64,000 nucleotides of DNA, taken from contig JAPETS010000012.1 of NCBI GenBank assembly GCA_026023565.1, positions 62,001 through 126,000 on the forward strand. Direction: 5' to 3'. Shown here one piece after another: positions 23,701 to 35,300 of the stretch. Position 1 is the first letter of the stretch, and each line of letters starts with the position of its first letter. Position numbers and translations under genes: made by a program. The stretch is from Cirrosporium novae-zelandiae. Lineage: Eukaryota. A model generated the notes under the pieces. That model did not search any database. It was not told the DNA's origin and saw nothing but the letters and a program-made list of their open reading frames with translations.

Positions 23701-26700
23701 GCCACTTACTGGGTCGCCAATATGACTTCTCCAGTACTTTTCACAGATTCTCTCCAGAATTTGTGCCTGGGGCAAACCATGGGGAAGAAGCGTCGAAGGC
23801 GCGCAGCTAGGTGTAGTATTGATGGGTTGATAGAAATCGGACCACATTCGGCACTTGAAGGTCCAATCAAACAGATCCTTGCTGGCCCAGACTTCAAGGA
23901 TTCAGAAATATTCTATGGATCATGTCTGAAACGCAAAGTTGATGCTACTCAAACAGCGTTGGATTTAGCCGGGTTGCTATTTGTTAATGGCTATCCTATC
24001 GATTTCAATCACATCAATTTCCCTGGTGGAACTTCTGAGCTTCGATTACTTACCGACCTACCTTCGTATCCATGGAATCATACCGCAAAGCACTGGCACG
24101 AGTCTAGGTTGAGTAAAAACTATCGCCACCGATCTTCCCCGCGTCGTGATCTTTTAGGGGCGCCAGTGAACGACTTTAATCTGGTCGAGCCACGTTGGCA
24201 AAACTTCATTCGGGTCTCTGAGAATCCTTGGGTCAGAGACCACATCATCCAGGGAGCGACCTTGTACCCGGCCGCGGGAATTATGATCATGGCAATTGAA
24301 GCTATGCTCCAGGTAGAGACCGCAAAATTTGACCAAATTACGAGTTTCAAGCTACGCGACATCAACATCGGCAAAGCTTTGGTGGTCCCTGAGAGTGCTG
24401 GGGGAGTAGAGACCCTTTTTACACTTCGTCCTTGTGATAATTCCCTCGAATCTTCGGAGAGCTGGCGAGAGTTCCGTGTGTTTTCCATTATTGACCAAGG
24501 TAATTTGATCGAGCATTGTCGGGGCCTCGTCTCGGCTGTATTCGATGCGAAAACAGGAGAGGTTGATGGGGGAAGAGAGGCTAGTATGGCCAATGAGACT
24601 CTAAATAAAATCCTCGATTCTTTTAATCTAGCCCATCTAGAATCCGTCAATGTGGAAAAACTATATGAGGCTTTAGGCAAGGCGGGTCTACAGTATGGCC
24701 AAACCTTCCAGAACCTTGTTGAGATTCACAGTGGACAGAATAAGTCATTATCTGTCATAAAAGTTCCCGACACTGCCACCGTGATGCCTTACAATTTTGA
24801 GTATCCACATATTCTTCACCCTGCCACACTCGATACTGCACTTCAGTCTATGTTCCCGGCGCTATGCGAAAATATCACCGACTTGTCGAACCCTATGGTC
24901 CCTATCTTCATAAAGGAACTATGTGTCTCAAATCAACGAATGTCAGTACCAGGAACTCAATACAGGGCGTATTCCACTGCAGAATTTCAAGGGTTCCGAA
25001 ACGCGGTAGGAAATATCACCATTATTGATGATAAAAATGGTACCCCCATACCAGTGATTGAGATCAAGGGTCTCAAATGCGCTTCGCTAACGACTGAGAT
25101 GATTGCTGAAGATGGAGATTCAAATCCAAGAAAACTCTGCTTCAAGATGGTTTTTGACGACGAGATTGATTTGGTGAAGGCTGAGGATAGCAATGTTGTA
25201 TTTCCCGGGCGGCCACGAGTCCCCGCCGAATCGGCCATGATTTCAGACATTGAAGAAGCATGCTACTACTATATAAAATCATCGCTTTCCGACTTGACCG
25301 ATGATGACGTCCAGAATCTGCCATGGTATTACAAGCTGTATTATAATTGGATAAAAGCAAAGATGCAGCTGGCTGAGGAAGGAAAACTGCCACACCAGAC
25401 GGCTAAATGGCTGAAGTCTACCCCCGAAGAAAAACAATCTCAATACGAGAAGCTTTTATCCCTGGGTACAGAAGGCCGAGCAATGCACTTGCTAGGTGAA
25501 AATTTGACTTCCATCCTGAGAGGGAAGATTGACGCACTTCAGCTGATGCTCAAGGATGACCTCCTTTATTCATTATATGGTGATGCTCTAGGCATAGATC
25601 GGGTATACGAGCACATGTCCAATTGGGTCGATAAATTTGCACACAAGCGACCAGATGCTCACATCCTGGAGATTGGTGCCGGTACAGGTGGCGCCTCCCT
25701 TCCTGTCCTTCAAGCACTTGGAGGGTACGGAGGCAAATATCCACGTTTCTCACAGTATGACTTCACCGACATATCAGGAGGATTCTTCGAAAAGGCTCAA
25801 GAAAAGTTTAAGGCTTGGGGAAGCCTAATCAAATATAAAAGACTCAATATTGAACGTGACCCAGGTGAGCAAGGGTTCGAATATGGAAAATACGACCTGA
25901 TTGTTGCTTCGAATGTTTTGCATGCAACAGAAAACATGAATAATACCATGACAAATGTTCGAAAGCTGCTTAAACCAGGAGGCAAACTTATCTTGATGGA
26001 AATCACCCGTTCTCTTTTACATCCTAGCATGTTTTTCGGAACTCTGCCTGGTTGGTGGTTAGGTATAAACACCCCCCGAATTCGTTGAGATGAATGGTAC
26101 TAATAGTGACTAGGTGCGGGAGAGGGTCGTACGTCTGGGCCGACTATGCCTGAAGATCAATGGGATGCACTATTTCAGCGAACGCAATTCTCTGGCTTGA
26201 ATTTCAGCCTTCAAGATTACCCCGATGAGGAGGACAAGCTGTATAGCGTTCTTATCACCACAGCAACTAGTCCATCAACGCCAAAGTATCCAGGAGTTGT
26301 TGTTATCCATAATAACGACTTGGCAGGGTTACCATTAGACAGTTTGAATACCAAAATAAAAAAGGTCACGGGAATAGAGCCTGAGAAGTATTCCTTTGAT
26401 GATGATTTGAACTTTGATATCACTGGAAAAATCTGCCTTTTCCTGGGCGAAGTCTCTCACCCTCTACTTTCGACACTTCATCCGTTTCAATTTGAAGCTC
26501 TGAAGCGGATGTTCACTGCTGCTAAGGGTATCTTATGGGTCACTAGAGGTGGCACAATCGAAGGCCCGGAACCAGAAGCCAATTTAGTTGCAGGTCTAGC
26601 GCGTTCAATCAGGAATGAGAATAGTGCCATCAAATTCATCACGTTGGACCTGGATATCGAGAATCCCTTGGCCGAGAAAACAGTCACAACGATAGTCAGA

Positions 26701-29216
26701 CTATTCAAGACCTCCTTCGAAGACGTAGACCTCAACCAAGGTGTCGATGTCGAGTTTATCGAGAGAAATGGCAGAATTGAGATTCCACGAGTCTTGACTG
26801 ACGATAGCATGGATGATGTTGTTCATACCGAAACTCATCCACCCCCTTCCATCCAGCAGGCCTTCCATCAGGCTGGCCGTCCTCTGAAGCTTGAGATAGG
26901 AACACCTGGTCTATTGGATAGCCTTTTGTTTGTTGATGATACTGTTCGCTCTAAGCTGCTTGCAAAGGGAGAGGTCGAAATTGAAGTACAGGCGACAGGT
27001 ATTAATTCTAGTGATATCATGGTCACAATGGGCCAAGTCACTGGCTATCCTCTAGGGCTTGAGTGCTCTGGAGTGGTGGCTATGGTCGGCGAAGGGGTAA
27101 ATCACCTCAAAGTTGGCGATAGAGTTTCTACCATTGCCTTGGGAGCATTCTCCAATTATGTTCGATGTCCTGAAAGCTGGGTCCAACCTATTCCTGATGA
27201 CATAACTTTTGAGGTTGCCGCTTCCATTCCCATTGCGTTCTCCACTGCTTACTACACCCTCTTCGATATAGCGCGCGTTCAGAAAGGTGAAAGTGTCTTG
27301 ATACATGCAGCTGCTGGAGATATCGGACAAGCCATGATTACACTGGCAAAGATGGCTGAAGCTGAAATATTCATTACAGTTGGTACCATTGAAGAGAGGG
27401 ATTTTATTATGGAGAAGTATGCTGTTCAAGAAGACCATATATTCTCTAGTAAAGATACGACTTTTGTTGATGGAATCCGTCGCATGACGAATAATAGAGG
27501 GGTGGATGTAGTGCTGAGGTCTCTGGCTAAAGATTTGCTGCGCGAGACATGGAACTGTGTCGCTGCCTTTGGACGATTCGTAGAGATTGGTAAACGTGAT
27601 TCCCAATCAAATGCGAGACTGGACATGGGGATATTTAGTCGGAATTGTCAGTTCTGCTCGGTCGACATGGCGCTTATTTTCCGTGAGCGAAAGGAGTTGG
27701 CCGGTAGAGTATTCTCTGATGTTATGGGGCTTCTTCGTAAGGGGACAGTTAAGGCTGCCCAGGCAATTACCGTTTATTCTCCAACCAATATCGAGGATGC
27801 TTTCCGTTCAGTGCAGGCTGAGAAGCATATAGGTAAGGTGGTGATAAAGTCTAGTTCAGATGACATCGTAAAGGTAAGTCGGAACATGGTCCATCCTGTT
27901 GGTTTCAAACCATCGACTGACTTTATTTCACAGGTAGCACCTCGGCCTCCGAATGAGATGCAGTTAAGAGAAGATTCCTCCTACCTGCTAGTTGGTGGCC
28001 TAGGAGGCTTGGGTCGAGCTATATCCAAGTGGATGGCGGAAAATGGTGGCAAGAATCTTATATTCCTTTCCCGCAGCGGAGCTTCTAGCAAAAGTGCCAG
28101 CAGCCTCGTCAAGGAGCTGGAAGATATTGGTGCACATGTTGCCGTTTACAAATGTGATGTTTCTGAAGAGGACGAACTTACAAAGGCTTTAGATCAAGCC
28201 GCGAAAGAAATGCCAAAGATTCGAGGGGTGGTACATGCGGGTATGGTTTTGAGGGTGAGTATATACTAAAGACATAAGGGATACTCAATTTGGTGAAAAT
28301 GCTGACTGGATGTTAGGACTCGATATTTGAAAACATGACATTTGAGGCTCATCAAGATGTGTTACGACCGAAAGTCAAGGGCACGCTCAACCTCCACAGG
28401 AGATTCTCAAAACCTGACGACCTGGACTTTTTCGTCATGTTCTCCTCAACTGCAGGGATGGCCGGAACCAAAGGTCAAGCCAGCTACGCCGCATCATCAA
28501 CCTTCCAAGACGCCGTTGCCCACATGCGAACAGCGCAGTACCTACCCGCAGCCAGCATCGACATTGGCGTAATCCTAGACGTCGGCTACGTCGCCGAAAA
28601 CCAAAACGTCTCCAATAACCTTGCACGCTGGGGATTCGTCGGGATCCACTACGAAGAATTCCTGGCCATGATCAAAGCCGCCTTCACCAAGCCCCTCCAA
28701 ACCCAAACCCAAACCAACTGCCAACTAATCACGGGCCTCGGCAGCAAAGCCATGGTGGACGGAACCGCTTACTCTGCTGACACTGAAATCCCTTACTGGC
28801 TCCAAGACGTCCGTTTCAACCACCTCTGGCAGCTCGGAAAAACAACCACAACCCAGCAGTCCGGCGACGAGACTGAACGTCTATTACCTGAACAACTCGA
28901 AGAAGCAACTTCTCTCCTCGATGCCACTAAACTCATTTGCAACGCCATGATTTCCAAAATGTCGAAGATGTTGGTTATGCCCGTGACGGATCTGCATGCC
29001 AGTCAACCCATGTCGGCATATGGGGTGGACTCTCTGGTGGCGGTGGAATTGAGGAATTGGATTTTTAGAGAGATTAAGGCGGATGTGCCTGTTTTTGAGT
29101 TGTTGGGGAATGGCTCGCTGATGGCGGTTGCGGGGGTTGTGGCGGGGAGGTCGAAGCTTGTGAGGGCGGAGGTTAAGGAGGAGGTGAATGGGGAGGGCGA
29201 GGGTGATGGTAAATAG
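20725..29216 (+). CDS. Highly reducing iterative type I polyketide synthase KS-AT-DH-cMT-ER-KR-ACP (about 9 introns)
   Basis: KS DTACSSS / EAHGTGT / NLGHLEG; AT GHSSG and [18 protein letters not shown] and HPATLD; c[33 protein letters not shown] and GQASYAA; ACP GVDSL. GT..AG introns join the ORF-track segments (first intron 21112-21179). Confidence 0.97.
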
Positions 29217-29692
29217 ACTTGGGAGGGGAGGGGGGGTTGGGAAAATTATATATGTGTGTATTGTATGTGTCGTTTCCTTCCTGGCAGGATAGATTAGGGG
29301 GTTTAAAATAGGTGAGTATATAGGCATATATATATACATATACATATATAATCTATCCATCCATCCAATTCTATCTAGTAAGCCAACCACGTAGGATTAG
29401 CATAACCCAACCATCCTTCCTCTCCTCATCCCCTTTCAACCCTTTTTTTTTACCAACCATTTTGTAAGTGCTGGGGTTGATGGGGCTTTTCTATAGTGCT
29501 TGTAAAAGCCCCCCTTCCTCCCTGCAAGGGAAGTAAATTCTTTTACCCCAACAGGATATGTAAAGGCGAATATCTAAGCCAGTGTCTCTCCAATCCCATA
29601 TCTCCCAAGCCAAGCCAGCCGTAACTCAATGAGTCACGCACGCACGCAACATACCATAAAACCCAGTCTACCCCCTAACACTTCAACAAGAA

Positions 29693-29806
29693 GCCGGGCT
29701 AGCTCAATCGGTAGAGCGTGTGGCTCTTAAGATAGTTAATCAATTAAGATTAATAGAATATCAAGTGGTAACCTCAAGGTTGGGGGTTCGACCCCCCCGT
29801 TCGGCT
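29693..29806 (+). tRNA. tRNA-Lys(CTT) with 41-nt intron (29730-29770)
   Basis: Acceptor stem GCCGGGC/GTTCGGC, A box TAGCTCAATCGGTAGAGC, anticodon loop CT-CTT-A, T arm GGGGGTTCGACCCCCC, downstream T runs. Confidence 0.95.
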
Positions 29807-32379
29807 TAGAAATTTTCTTTTTCTTTTGTTTTTGGGCGAATCTGGTGTGAAAAAATGGGATTGTTGTGGGGAAAATGTGTGTGTGTATCGTGATTGAGGA
29901 TTTTTTTTTTTAGGTTGAGTCCGGACGGAGGTTTGGTGGGCCGATGGATTTTTTATTTGGTTCCTGAGGCCAACAATTCGGCTGGGTTGTGCCGAAATCT
30001 ACTCGGTATTACTTCTGGCCGTTGGATAATTCCAGAAGCTATCCGAAAGGCAATCCTTGTTACAACAAATGGCCATGGGCAGTACATTCCTGTATGCATT
30101 CAATGCTTCTAAGGTATGCTTTCGGTGATATCAACAAGAATTCACAGCAATTAACGGTGAATTCGCCATGCACAGCTTGCATTAAGACCCTGAGGATGCA
30201 GGGTTCCAGGGATGGATTGGTACCGTTTGACCCTGATATGAACTCATTTGTTCATCTACCTCTAAGTGTAGAAGGTGAATGATGGGAAGTGAATGGTTCC
30301 TTACTTTGAGGCCATGCTGACCAGTGAATCATAGGCGTTCCGTTGTCTTGAGTTGGGCAAAACTGTCGAAAGGTCGGTTTACTTAACGGACGCAATATCC
30401 CCAGTTCTTTCGTAGGAACCAAATCGATTTCAATTCTATATATCATCAAATATACTATTCGCGCCAAGTTCTAGTTTTTTTTCTCCCTTAAATCCTTTTT
30501 ATTGTTCGGAGAGTTTCTTTTTTTTCTCGAAAGGAGCCTGCTTATACATGTTCGATATTGCTGAGTTTCACAAGTGGGAACGATTATATAAAAATTTCAG
30601 GTTTGACGGTTATTGGCAGACGGCCTATACTTGGGTCTCGAATGCACAGTATCTATATTTTTTTGTTAACAAAGCCATCACACATTGGTAGACTGTTAAC
30701 CTAACTTTCTGGGAAGCATTTGAATCTCTTCTCCTACTCCTTACAAGATGTATGATGTCCTTACATTTATGCTTTAAGCGTCTTCCTTGATATATATTAT
30801 CATTGGTCTCAGAGGATACGAAACCTAGTTGTGACTTTGATTTTCTTCAAAGTTGTATTTTTTTTTCAGACTCTGGGCGGAGCTTGTGAGCATGGCCTCT
30901 AGGTTGCAAATTAGCCAAAGTTCTTAAGGCTCTAAGATGGCAAAAATATTTCTTCGGGATAAATGGTTCTCATTGACATGGAAAGAGTTATTTGTTGTAG
31001 ATATCCAAGTTCAATCGTTCTTTGGTGTGGCAGTTATAATATTCACATCCTACCAATACCGCGTACGGGACTAGTCGGGACTAATATCATAACTTCGAGT
31101 AGCTCTGTTTGATTTGGTCATGTCTAGAGACCAGTGTCTCCTTCAGCATCTGTTAAGCCAGAGCCACCCTCCCTATCGGCCAAGTCCTGCCTGGGAAATA
31201 TCATTCTGATGAAGATGAACAAGTGCGTCTAAAGTTCAGGAATATATAAATGCACAATGATTCACAATACTATATATTATACTAATTACAAAGAAGAGCA
31301 ACCTGTGCTCTTTGTCGGGAATGGAAATGTGGTGTTCATGGTCTCGGCACGGAGTCTGGATAGCTACCTAGGTACCCTCAACAAAGAAGTTCGACGTGCA
31401 CTTCCGCCTCCCTAAAGGTCATCCGGAATGCCCCTATCCATTCCCATTAGCCTCCCCACCCACTCGCTCGAACGACCAGCTTCACAGCTCGTCATCCCTG
31501 GTGACTGGATTTGAAGCCCACATGGTTCCGTGACCTTCTAGACCCCTTCGGCGCATGTTCAACCTCCAAACAATTCCTATCCAGAAGCATAGATAGGCTG
31601 CAGCGCCGAGCTCTCGACGAAACGTGAACTTGCTACTTCCTTATCTTTTGTTCCTACTAGCTACTAAACACAGTAAATTCTCAGAAGATGGAATGAACGT
31701 GACAAAAAACTGAGAGCAACAACAGACATTCCATGGTGGTTTATTCTCATCTAAGTAAGTTCAAATTCTCCCTTTAGATTTACAGTCTTGATGAAATATG
31801 CTAATACATCTTATAGTAATAGCCTCGAAGACCTGTCTATTGAAATATCCTCCGAGGGTCTCCTTGAAATCATATAACTCTTTGTTAAATAAACTCAACC
31901 CTGAGAACCCTTCCTGAGACAAAGTAATACAAGAACATACACGTGAGAATTTATGCTCAGTATCTAAAACAAAGAAGGGCAGTCTCATTCAATCTACACA
32001 GTGACCTCAAAGCTATGATGAATATCTTCTGGGCTTTGCAACACCAAATTGCTTAGAAGCTGAAATCATCGACTCAAATCCTCTTGCTCAGCAAACTGCT
32101 GCAAGCTAAGCCTCCCCAGATGGAACAGGGTAAGATACCTTCATGAAAGTATTACTATTTTTCACTGACAATGATTATTAGGATTCTAGTGAGGACTACT
32201 TCAACCTCACTATCTGGAGCTACACACCAGCTTGAATCAGATCACAGCTTTCTACGACACCAACTACAAAATGTATATCCAAAGCTTCGAAGGGAGTCTC
32301 CAAGCAAGATATGGGCTCGACAATCTTGCTCCCAATACAAGCACAACTATCTTCAAACCTCCTTATATGACGTGATTCT

Positions 32380-35300
32380 ACAAATAACGTGGAAAGAGGA
32401 AAGAGACAACGGTTTATGCAGGAGAGATATATTTAAATACTTGGTTGGTAGGTGGGTCGTTTCACGGAATGAAGTAGAACGCTCGATACCGCAACCCTCG
32501 ATTCAATTTCTTGGTCTAACATTATGCGAATCCAATGGTATCGGCAACATTCATATCAAATACCTTCGACCATTGAATGGTGATTTTTCCTATCCACTAT
32601 ATATCGTGTGAGTGCTCAGAGTTCACCCCAGATACACATCACATTAGGAAGAAGGGTTCATGAAGGATATATTTCAATGCCTACTTTTCTTGTTTCGTTT
32701 ATATAAACCATTTTGAATCGTGTTAGTATATAAACAAGGCGACGTGTTTTGATACGCCTACAACTATGGCGAAGAACCTTAAGTCGGTTGTTCTAAATTT
32801 CAGGGGGTGCCAAAGACTACAAATACCTGAAGCGAACATTCTCTTCATTGAAGGTTCTCACAATAGGAGATGGAGACTACATGATGTATCCGTGTGTGTG
32901 TGATTTGTTCTACAAAATGGTATGGAAAGGTAGAAGAGAGGTTCATATAGATATGCTTCGATTACGATAGTGGCACCGGAGGTCACTCGTTTATTTGAAA
33001 CTTCAAAAAACATCAAACGCCTATAAATACCGGGAACAATTTTTTTTCTATAACGGATTCCTACAATCCAAGATGGAAATTGGCGGTGATGGAGGTTGCA
33101 GTTCCACAGAATGCCACAGAAGGGCCGAAAAGAAGTTTGTGTGGGCGTGCTTCGCTGTGTGCAAATCTACGACGGCGGCAAGGTTACTCGCTCGAAGTTT
33201 CAAAGAATACCAAGCATCTACGAATACCGGAAACATATTTCCTTTTATAATGGATTCCTACAACTGAAAATGGAAATCGGTGGTGGTGTGTGTGATTCCA
33301 TGGAATGACGTAGGCGGAACAAAGGAAGAGAGGTTCGATACTCAAACCTACAACAATGACAAGGAAGGGCACTTGTTTATTCATTCGGAGCTTTTTTAAA
33401 AAGTGCCAAGGAACTAAATCTCAGAGAGATATTCTTTTGTCGAGAATTCCTACAACGGATATCACTTACTCGAAGCTTCTTCAAGAAATTCTAGAACACT
33501 ACGAATACCAGAGACAGACACACATTCTTTCATCAAAGATTTCTTCAATAGAGGACGGAAGTTGGTGTATGCATGTATGTGTGTGCTTTGTTCCATGGAA
33601 TGACGTGCCTCGATGAGAAAGTCTATGACGATGGCATAGATAATCATTCATTCACTTGAGGTTTCATGGAGTGTTCAGGTTAAGAAACTACCAATACCGA
33701 AGACGAACATTCTTTTATCGAAGATCGAAGAATTATAAGTACCGGAAACAGAAATTTTCCCATTGAAGATTTCTGCAACAGAGGATGGAAATGAAGCTCT
33801 GTATGTGTGTGTGTGGTTGGTTCCACAAAACGGTGTAGATAGAAAGAGGGCGAGGTTTGTGAGAAAGTGGTACGCTTAAATACCTAGTTTTCTTGTCTCG
33901 ATTTATATAACCAACTTTGGGTCCTGTTGGTATATAAACAGATATGCTTTCATACGCAAATCTACCACAGTCACGAAAGAAATTGTTTATTCATTCACTC
34001 GAGGCTTTTTAAGACGTGCCAAGGGACTCCGAATATCAGAGACAGATACACATTCTTTCGTTCAAGGATTCTAAGAATCAAAGCCGGCAGCCAACAAGTG
34101 GCATGATTCCACGGAATAGCGTGGGCGGGTTGAAGGGGATTGGAGTTCGTGTGAGGTTGGAGTATGCGTCGTGGGGATATGCCCAAATACTTGATTTTAC
34201 GAAGATGGCAAGGCCATTCATTCCAAATTTCGAAAGCACCAAATGGCTACGAATACCGGAGATATGTATTCTCCTATCGAAGATTCCCGCAGCAAAGCAC
34301 AGAAATGAGTGTACACATCCATGTATTCGTGTGGTTGGCTTCACGGAATGACGTGGAAGGGCAAAAGAGGTGCTCGTGGAAAGGGATATACTCATGGGGA
34401 GTATGCCTAAATGCCTGGCAAGAACAATCGTTCATTCAAAACTTCAAAGAGTGCTACGAAACTACAAAACCGAGAACAGATATTCATTTATCGAAAATCA
34501 AGGATTCCTACAACAGAGGATGGATGCGAATCTATGTATCCATGTGTGTGGTTCGTTCCACGGAATAGCGTGGAAGAGCAAAAAAGGGGTTAGACTACGA
34601 ATATCGAAAACACATATTCTCTCGTTTAAGAATACCGAGCACAGTAGCAATGACACCTTTCTCCAGTTTGAAGAAGCCAAAAGACTGTGAATACCGGAAA
34701 CAAGCATTATCGAAAATGTCCGCAACAGAGGACGGAAATTGATGTACGCATTGGTGTGTATGTGATTCTACATGGATGGAAAAGGGGCAGAGGGGTTCGT
34801 TCATGAAAGAGGGGCCTATTCAAATACCTCATTTTACGACGGTGCCAAGGAAGATCATTCACTCACTTTCTGATGCGCTTAAGGACCTAGTTTTCTTATC
34901 TCGGTTTATATAACAAACTTTGGATCGTACCGGTATATAAGCAGATATGCAACTCTACGAGAGTGACAAGGGAGATCATTTACCCACTCACTGGAATCTT
35001 CTTCAAGAAGTTCCAAGTGACTATAAATGTCAAAAACGGACAGATATCCTTTTATCGAAAATCGAGGATTCCTGCAACCGGGGATGCCTGGAACAGCAAC
35101 AAGTCCAAATCCAAATCCAGCCTCAGCCGACGGTATATCAACCTCAGCAAACGATATACCAACTTCAACTAGCATACCAGAGTCAACCGACGTACCAGAC
35201 TCAGCTGGTATATATCCATGTGTGTGTGCGTGTGTGTGTGGTGTGAATCCACAGAATGACACGGGTGACCACAAAGCGATAAGTTCATTGACTCATGCAG

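Noticed and set aside
29482..29512. GGGGCTTTT..AAAAGCCCC hairpin downstream of the PKS as a terminator or RNase MRP motif
   Set aside because: Intrinsic terminators do not apply to Pol II genes, and no MRP CR-I partner (GAAAGTCCCC) is present.
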